Position numbers and translations under genes: made by a program. The notes under the pieces are model-generated. The model was not told the DNA's origin. It was given only the letters and a program-made list of their open reading frames with translations, and did no database searches. This document shows, in pieces, positions 57,948-64,000 of a stretch of 64,000 nucleotides of DNA; positions within the stretch are counted from its first letter, which is position 1, and each line of letters opens with the position of its first letter. Origin of the DNA: Planctomycetota bacterium (GTDB taxonomy: Bacteria; Planctomycetota; UBA1135; UBA2386); assembly GCA_965228735.1 (NCBI GenBank), contig OZ245838.1, positions 3,232,001-3,296,000 on the forward strand, given 5' to 3'.

Positions 57948-59183
57948 CTACTGCACGATCCCGCCCGCGAGCGGTGACGCGTAGACCGTGGCGCCGTCGA
58001 GCTGCGCGGCCTGCAGCCAGACCTCGACGTAGAGCAACGTCGGCGATGCGGGCAGCGTCACGCCATGAACGAACGGCGTGCCCGCAGCCGGCGCCCCCGT
58101 CGCGAGCACGAACGTCGGCCCCGCGAGTCCGAACACGGGGCCGACGACGCCGGGCAACGTCGCTACCGTCCGGTCGAACGTCGCCGCGAGCGCGAGCAGC
58201 TGACCCGATGTTCCAGGAGTCGCGGTCGCGGTCGTCGTCTGGCCGAGCTGCCAACGCGAGTCGAGCGCGAGGCCGACGAGCTCCGGCGTCGGCTGCATGT
58301 TGCCGACGAACAGCGGACCGTTCGGGATGCCGACACCGCCGGTGAGCGTCGTGCGCGCGAGCCGCGCGTTCACCGTGCCGGCGAGCGCCGCTGCGCCTGG
58401 CAGCTGGCAGGCGCTCGTGGGCGGCTGACCTGCCCCGCCCGTGACATCCGAGTCCGTGAGATGCAGCACGCCGCTGCCCGCGACCTCGACCCCGGGCGAC
58501 GGCGGCAGCATCGGCGACGGCGTGCCCATCGGACACGCCGCGTCGCCACCGATCGCGACGAGATCCGTCGCCACGACGATCCCGTCTTCGACCGTCAACG
58601 CGGTGGACGATGCGACGAGGCCCGAAGCCGCGCTCGTTGCGATGGCGCCCGCAAGGAAACAGCGCGTGAGTGACACGGTGCCACCTTGCACGGCGAGCCC
58701 GCCGCCGCCCGGCTGACCGAACACGACGCACTCGTGCGCGATCACCGTGCCGCCCGTGATCGTCACCGTGCGCGTCGGCGTCGACGTCTGGCCGGCGAGC
58801 GACCGAAACCGGCAGCCCTCGAGCGCGACGTCGCCGTCGATCGCGATGAACTGGCCGGCCGGGCCGCCGAAGAAGAGGTCGACGAGCCGCGCGCGCTGGC
58901 CGGGCGGGATCGCGATGCGCGAGTGTGACGCCGCCGTGGTCTGGCGCAGCACGGGCGCGGGACCGACCATCGTCAGCCCCTTCGTGAGCACGAACGGCGG
59001 AAAGTTGCCCGTGCCCTGGACGAACTGCAGCACGTCGCCGGGCGTGGCCTGCGCGATCACGGCGAGCAGATTGTCGCTGCCGGTGTCGCCCTCGACCTGC
59101 CAGGTCGTCTGGGCAGCTCCTACGGTGGCGAGAAACGTGATCGGCAGCAGCGCGGCGAGAACGGGTCGCATCGCCGCGAGCAT
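57948..59183 (-). CDS. Secreted beta-helix-like protein with divergent shared C-terminal domain
   Basis: AA-Q signal junction; AVIAQATPGDVL pectin-lyase-like start; Gly-rich repeats; C-terminal LPASPTL...VWLQA...ASP. Confidence 0.75.
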   Translation of the reverse strand: MLAAMRPVLAALLPITFLATVGAAQTTWQVEGDTGSDNLLAVIAQATPGDVLQFVQGTGNFPPFVLTKGLTMVGPAPVLRQTTAASHSRIAIPPGQRARLVDLFFGGPAGQFIAIDGDVALEGCRFRSLAGQTSTPTRTVTITGGTVIAHECVVFGQPGGGGLAVQGGTVSLTRCFLAGAIATSAASGLVASSTALTVEDGIVVATDLVAIGGDAACPMGTPSPMLPPSPGVEVAGSGVLHLTDSDVTGGAGQPPTSACQLPGAAALAGTVNARLARTTLTGGVGIPNGPLFVGNMQPTPELVGLALDSRWQLGQTTTATATPGTSGQLLALAATFDRTVATLPGVVGPVFGLAGPTFVLATGAPAAGTPFVHGVTLPASPTLLYVEVWLQAAQLDGATVYASPLAGGIVQ

Positions 59184-59210
59184 AGCGCGTTCCGCGCTAC
59201 GCTGTTCGCG

Positions 59211-59411
59211 ATGCCCGGCCGCCTCCTCGCCCTCCTGTCGCTCATGCTCCTCGCGCTCACGGGCGACCGCATCGGCGCCCAGACCGAGCTGCGCGGTACC
59301 TGGGTCGCGCGCGACGGGCTCACGTCGCGAGCGAAGATCATCGCGACGCTCGACCAGCTCGCGGCGGCCAACATCAACCTCGTCTGCGCCGTCGGCACCG
59401 TGCTGCCGTAG
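59211..59411 (+). pseudogene. Truncated N-terminal fragment of a GHL10/YddW-like glycoside hydrolase
   Basis: Signal peptide IGA-Q then ELRGTWV...LDQLAAANINLV, ending after 66 aa against a convergent gene. Confidence 0.6.
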
Positions 59412-59418
59412 CTCTTGC

Positions 59419-60603
59419 TCACCGCGCGATCGTCACCCGCCGCCCGCTCGCCGCGCTCTCGTACGCGCTGTAGATCAACCGCACGACCTCGAGGCCGAGC
59501 TCGCCGTCGACCTCGTTCTTCGCGCCGCCGACGAGGCAGTCGGACACCGCCTGCACGAGGCCCTGCTGGCCCGACGTCCAGTCCTCATCGGGCATCGGCG
59601 TGGACCAGCCGGCCTGGCCCGCGAGCTTCTCCATCAGGTATTCGTCGCCGAACGCGTCGTCCTTCACCGCGTAGGCCTTGAGCGTGTCGACCGGCGTCAG
59701 CGAACACTCGAAGCGGTGGTCGCTCGCGAGCACGGTCAGATGACTCTGCATGCCGCCGAGCAGCGTGTCGCTGCCGTACGCGATGCCGCGCGAGCCGTCG
59801 TCGAAGTGCAGGATGCACGTGCCCCAGTTCTCGACGTCGTGCCAGTCGCGCGCGACGTGACATTCCGCCTCGCCGACCGCCTGCGAGATGTCGGCGACCT
59901 CGGCCGTGACCGCGACGACGCGGATCGGACTGCCGCGCCGGCGCCGCCCTTCGCGGTTCTTGAGCCACACCATCGCGCCGATCGGATGGGCGCCGAGCCG
60001 CAGCAACGCGCCGCCGCCGGCGTGGCGCCAGTCGCGCGCATACTCCGCGTGCGAACCCGAATGGCTCTCCCACCCGCGCATCTCGAGCGCGACACCGCCG
60101 CTGCTCGCGCCGAGTTCGGCCGCGCGCCGGATCGCCGGGGCGAACGGCCAGTTCTCGCCGTAGAACAGCTGCACGCCCGCCTGCTTGCACGCATCGACCA
60201 TCGCCTGCGCATCGGCGACGGCCGCGCGCAGCATCGTGCTCCGATCGGTGCCCGCAACATCGGCCGCGCTCGCGTCCGCCGGCAACCCCTGGCCCCAGAA
60301 CGCGGTCAGCGGCTTGGTGCAGAGCACGTGCTTGCCGGCGCCCGCGGCGCGCGCGGTCAGCGGTCCGTGCGCGTGGTTCGGCACGCAGAGATCGAGCAGG
60401 TCGACGGTGTCGTCGGCCAGGATCTCGTCCAACGATGCGCCGCGCCCGGCACCGTGTTCCCGGGCGAACGCGTCGGCCCGGGCCCGGTCACGGCTCGCGA
60501 TCAGGATCGAGACCGTCGCGCCGTGCACACGACGCCAGCACCGCAGCCGGGTGCGCGCGAGGAATCCCGTGCCGACGATGGCGACGGTGAGGGGGCGGTT
60601 CAT
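59419..60603 (-). CDS. Gfo/Idh/MocA family oxidoreductase
   Basis: IVGTGF, CVPNHAH, GKHVLCTKP, GGGALLRLGAH. Confidence 0.92.
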   Translation of the reverse strand: MNRPLTVAIVGTGFLARTRLRCWRRVHGATVSILIASRDRARADAFAREHGAGRGASLDEILADDTVDLLDLCVPNHAHGPLTARAAGAGKHVLCTKPLTAFWGQGLPADASAADVAGTDRSTMLRAAVADAQAMVDACKQAGVQLFYGENWPFAPAIRRAAELGASSGGVALEMRGWESHSGSHAEYARDWRHAGGGALLRLGAHPIGAMVWLKNREGRRRRGSPIRVVAVTAEVADISQAVGEAECHVARDWHDVENWGTCILHFDDGSRGIAYGSDTLLGGMQSHLTVLASDHRFECSLTPVDTLKAYAVKDDAFGDEYLMEKLAGQAGWSTPMPDEDWTSGQQGLVQAVSDCLVGGAKNEVDGELGLEVVRLIYSAYESAASGRRVTIAR

Positions 60604-60676
60604 GCGGAGATCTCAGGAGATCGGCCGGGCACAAGCAAGGACTCCGCAGCCGCTGCGATTGCGGCTGCGGCTGCGG

Positions 60677-61930
60677 CTATTGGCGCCAGGCCTCGTCGTC
60701 GATCTGCTTCTGGTCCCGCCGGAACAGCTTGCGGAACGTCGAAGCCTGCCCCTTGCCGGCCGCCGCATCGCGCAGGTACTGGGTGAAGCGATCGCGCAGG
60801 CCCGGATCCGGGTTCTCGCGCAGGTAGCGAAACAGCGCCCACGCCTGCGCGTACTTGACCGACTGCTTCGACGACGCGAAGAAGTCGGAGGTCTTGAAGT
60901 TGAGCACGCGGTGGACGCCGTAGAGGTCCTTGCTCCGCTGCGCCTGCGCGAGCGTCGCGAAGTGCCCGGGCTGCATGCTCGCCGCGAGCAGGGTCGGTTT
61001 GCCCGGCACGCGCGTCTGGATCCGACCGCTCATGTACTCGGCCCAGCCTTCGTCGAGCCAGGCCGGAATCGTTCCGCGGCTGCCGGCCGCGCGCACGAAG
61101 AAGAAGTGCAGCAGGCCGTGCGTGCCCTCGTGGATGAGCGCGTACGGCCGCCCGTTCTCGTAGCACGTGAACAGCTCGCGCTCGCTGACGGAGAAGTACG
61201 CGCCGGACGTGTTGCTGATCTTCGGCATCTGCTCGCGCGAGCGATAGACGCGCACGCCGATCGGCTCGACGAGCTCCTGCAGCTCGAGGTCACTGCCGAA
61301 GAGGTCATGCATCGTCCAGTACGCGAACTCGAGCTCCATGAGCGTGTCGAGCGCGACCTTCAACCCTGCGGCGCAGCGGATCTGGAAGTGCTCGGAGCGC
61401 AGCTCCCAGGCGTCGTCGAAGTCCTCGCCGAGCGCGTCGGCCTTCTCGAACGGCACCCAGCGGCCGTCGATCTGCACCGCGTAGCCGTTCCGTCGTTTGC
61501 GGTTGCCGAGCGCCTCGTGGATCGTCGCGTCGGCCGGTCGCTGCAGGGCCGCATACCAGCGCATCAGCCGCGCCTCGTGCGGCAGCCCAATGTCGTCGGC
61601 GTGCAGCGCGAGCGCGAGCAGCGCCATGACGTCGGTGGCCTTCGTGCCGCGCCACGTCGACAACAGCTTGCGTTGCTTCTCCGCGACGCTGTCGAACGAC
61701 TCCACCCGCGCGCGCTCGATCGTGCGATCCCGCGAGCCGACCCGCAGGACGATCTCCTCGTCGTCGACGCGGATGATGCGCCCACGCATCTCCTTGCCGT
61801 CCGTGAGCACGACGGTGTCGCGCGACTCCACGGTCTGGGCACGCACACTACCGAGCGCGGCGAACAGTCCGAGGAAGAGCAGGCCAGCGCGCCGGCGGGC
61901 GGCGCGGCGCTCGTGCGGGTTCCCGTTCAT
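60677..61930 (-). CDS. Secreted DUF1570-like putative zinc metallopeptidase
   Basis: VRA-Q signal junction; HEGTH...PAWLDEGWAEY; YAQAW. Confidence 0.8.
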   Translation of the reverse strand: MNGNPHERRAARRRAGLLFLGLFAALGSVRAQTVESRDTVVLTDGKEMRGRIIRVDDEEIVLRVGSRDRTIERARVESFDSVAEKQRKLLSTWRGTKATDVMALLALALHADDIGLPHEARLMRWYAALQRPADATIHEALGNRKRRNGYAVQIDGRWVPFEKADALGEDFDDAWELRSEHFQIRCAAGLKVALDTLMELEFAYWTMHDLFGSDLELQELVEPIGVRVYRSREQMPKISNTSGAYFSVSERELFTCYENGRPYALIHEGTHGLLHFFFVRAAGSRGTIPAWLDEGWAEYMSGRIQTRVPGKPTLLAASMQPGHFATLAQAQRSKDLYGVHRVLNFKTSDFFASSKQSVKYAQAWALFRYLRENPDPGLRDRFTQYLRDAAAGKGQASTFRKLFRRDQKQIDDEAWRQ

Positions 61931-62038
61931 TCGGACCAGGATACTCGGTCCGATCCGTCGATTGGCGACAACCCCGTCGGCGCGCCGAAAGGCGTGAATG
62001 CGGCCGGGCCTTGACGTGCGCCCGAAGTTCCGCACCCT

Positions 62039-63715
62039 GTGGCGCCGCTCGTTCCTCCCGTGCCCGCCCTCACCGAATCCGCCCAGGCCCGCATCGGCCT
62101 GCTCGGCAACCCGTCCGACATCTACGCCGGGCGAGGCCTGGGTTTCGCGGTCGCCGAACTCGGCGTGACGGTGACGCTGCGGGACACCGCGAGGACCGAG
62201 TTGCCGAACGCGTTGTTCGAAGCCGGCTGGCAGCTGTTGCGTGATCTGCTGGAGACGCGCGGCATCGACCCGAACGGGCGCCCGTTCGCACTCGAGTTCA
62301 CGAGCTCGGTGCCGTTCCAGGGCGGCCTCTCGGGCTCCAGCGCGCTGCTCGTCGCGGCGCTGCGCGGTTGGACGCGTTGGTTCGGCCTGCCGCTGCCGCC
62401 GACCGCCATTGCGGAGCTCGCCTTCCGCGCCGAGAACGACGTGCTCGGCATCCGCGCCGGCCCGCTCGACCGGCTGGTGCAGGCCCACGGCGGCCTGCTC
62501 GTGATGGACTTCGCCGAGCCGTTCCGCGCCGAGTCGATCCAGCGTCTCGACCCCGCGTTGTTGCCGCCGCTGCTGCTCGCGCTGCACGGCACGCCGGGTG
62601 AGAACTCGGGCGACGTGCACGCCCCGGTCTACGAACGCTGGCAGCAGGGCGACGCCGCAGTGCAGGAGGTCATGCGCGAGCTCGCGGACAACGCGATGCG
62701 CGGTCGCGACGCGCTGGTGGCCGGCGACCGCGACGCGTTCCGCCGGTGCATCGACCACAACTTCGACCTGCGCGCGCGCGTGTTCCCGATCGCGCCCGCC
62801 GACCGCGAACTCGTCGAGCTCGGCCGCGGGCTCGGCGCCGGATGCAAGTTCCCGGGGTCGGGCGGCGCGGTGCTCATGACCTGCCGCGACGAGGACCACC
62901 GCGGAGAACTCGAGGCCGCATGCCACGCCCGCGGTCACGACACGCTGCGCCCGACGGTGCAGCCCGAACGCCCGCGACTCGCCGCGGTGTTCCTCGCTGC
63001 CGGCTTCGCCACGCGCCTCTATCCGCTGACGAAGACGAAGGCCAAGCCGCTGCTCGAGGTCGGCGGTCAGGCGATGCTCACGCGCATCGTCGATCAGGTC
63101 GCGCGCATGGGCGCGGTCGAGGACGGCGTCGTGGTCACGAACGGTCGCTTTCACGCCGACTTCGTCGACTGGCAACGGCAGGTCCGACCGCAGCTGCCGC
63201 TCACGATCGTCAACGACGGCGCGGAGAACAACGAGACCCGCCTCGGCGCGATCCAGGACCTCGCGCTCGGACTGCAGCAGCGTGCCGATCGACCGGCGCC
63301 CGACGGCTGGCTCGTGCTCGCGTGCGACAACCTGTTCGAGTTCGACCTCGCGCGCGTTGCGCAGCGCTTCGCGTCGACCCGGAACGGCCAGCTCATCGTG
63401 CGTCAGGTCCCCGCGCCCGTGCCGGCGGGCCGATACAGCGAGGTGATCCTCACGGGCGATCGCGTCGAACGGTTCCGCGAGAAGCCGCAGGATCCCGAGT
63501 CCGACCTCTCGGCGATCGCGGTCTACCTGCTGCCGCAGGACCTCCCCGAACTCGTGCGCGACTACCTCGACGGCGGCGGCAACCCGGACGCCCCCGGTCA
63601 CTTCCTCGCGTGGCTCAGCGAGCGCCGACCGCTCGAGGCGACCCGACTCGACGGGCGCTGGCTCGACATCGGCAGCGCCGCGGATCTGATCCGCGCGCAG
63701 ACCGCATTCGACTGA
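62039..63715 (+). CDS. Fused glucuronokinase-like GHMP kinase / sugar-1-phosphate nucleotidyltransferase
   Basis: ARIGLLGNPSD, PFQGGLSGSSA, NFDLR, KFPGSGGA; then LAAGFATRLYPLT..AKPLL, EKP, WLDIG. Confidence 0.88.
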   Translation: MAPLVPPVPALTESAQARIGLLGNPSDIYAGRGLGFAVAELGVTVTLRDTARTELPNALFEAGWQLLRDLLETRGIDPNGRPFALEFTSSVPFQGGLSGSSALLVAALRGWTRWFGLPLPPTAIAELAFRAENDVLGIRAGPLDRLVQAHGGLLVMDFAEPFRAESIQRLDPALLPPLLLALHGTPGENSGDVHAPVYERWQQGDAAVQEVMRELADNAMRGRDALVAGDRDAFRRCIDHNFDLRARVFPIAPADRELVELGRGLGAGCKFPGSGGAVLMTCRDEDHRGELEAACHARGHDTLRPTVQPERPRLAAVFLAAGFATRLYPLTKTKAKPLLEVGGQAMLTRIVDQVARMGAVEDGVVVTNGRFHADFVDWQRQVRPQLPLTIVNDGAENNETRLGAIQDLALGLQQRADRPAPDGWLVLACDNLFEFDLARVAQRFASTRNGQLIVRQVPAPVPAGRYSEVILTGDRVERFREKPQDPESDLSAIAVYLLPQDLPELVRDYLDGGGNPDAPGHFLAWLSERRPLEATRLDGRWLDIGSAADLIRAQTAFD

Positions 63716-63770
63716 CGGCGCACTCGATCCGGCAAGACAGGGCCCGCGACTTGCCGCTATGGTGCGTGGC

Positions 63771-64000
63771 ATGCAACGCCCAGCGGCTGCCCTCGCCGCG
63801 CTCCTCCTCGTTCCCGCCTGCAGTGACCCGCCGCTCGTCCGCGGCAGCAGCGCGCCGATCGTCGCAGGTGTCGCAGCGCAGCGCGCGGTGCCGGAGCGCG
63901 CCAACCCGGCCTCGCCGAAGGCCGGCGGCGATCGTCCCGGCCTGCCCGCGCGCCTGCGCGGACTCGCGCTGCTCGACGAGCTCGGCTGCACGGCGTGTCA
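63771..64000 (+). CDS. Partial lipoprotein with probable c-type heme motif (runs off the window)
   Basis: MQRPAAALAALLLVPAC lipobox; reading frame ends LLDELGCTAC-(ca..) at the window edge. Confidence 0.6.
   Translation, partial: MQRPAAALAALLLVPACSDPPLVRGSSAPIVAGVAAQRAVPERANPASPKAGGDRPGLPARLRGLALLDELGCTAC

Noticed and set aside
59409..59411. Possible pyrrolysine/read-through at the TAG ending the GHL10-like fragment
   Set aside because: The downstream in-frame sequence is the antisense of the Gfo/Idh/MocA gene and shows no hydrolase motifs
60648..60680. Short GCGGCT tandem repeat
   Set aside because: Only about three units in GC-rich intergenic DNA; no evidence of function
47..63991. Many long overlapping ORFs (e.g. 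47-1429 -, 1278-3920 -, 14833-16938 +, 29557-31764 +, 52368-55082 +) and long 5' extensions of real genes (8790, 12641, 18411, 19287, 63991)
   Set aside because: Arg/Ala/Pro-rich antisense or off-frame shadows expected in very GC-rich coding DNA; they lack domain motifs and overlap well-supported genes

Overview
Very GC-rich bacterial DNA, most likely from Planctomycetota. This is inferred from a DUF1549/DUF1553 + DUF1501 pair, two Ser/Thr-kinase + ECF-sigma modules, ELWxxDGT propellers, ThuA/DUF1080 proteins and a sulfatase. It holds about 45 genes; most of the long alternative ORFs in the track are antisense shadows of high-GC coding sequence. Highlights: (1) a thioredoxin-fold gene split by an in-frame TGA (3945-3947) with a perfect hairpin just downstream, i.e. 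a probable unannotated selenoprotein with an unusual C-x7-U motif; (2) about 10 mostly unrelated secreted proteins that all end in a shared ~110-125 aa C-terminal domain and begin with an Ala-Gln signal-peptide junction, suggesting an uncharacterised sorting/anchoring system; (3) a peptidoglycan-recycling cluster (dacB / ldcA-epimerase-mpaA-spmAB fusion) followed by an apparently catalytically dead glutamate-cysteine-ligase homolog; (4) two CTAG-bounded palindromic MITE-like elements between convergent genes; (5) an ECF sigma with a putative anti-sigma carrying a SecD-head-like domain; (6) a glucuronokinase-like kinase fused to a nucleotidyltransferase. No rRNA, tRNA, CRISPR array or transposase was recognised. 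All domain calls come from motif recognition by eye, not database searches.
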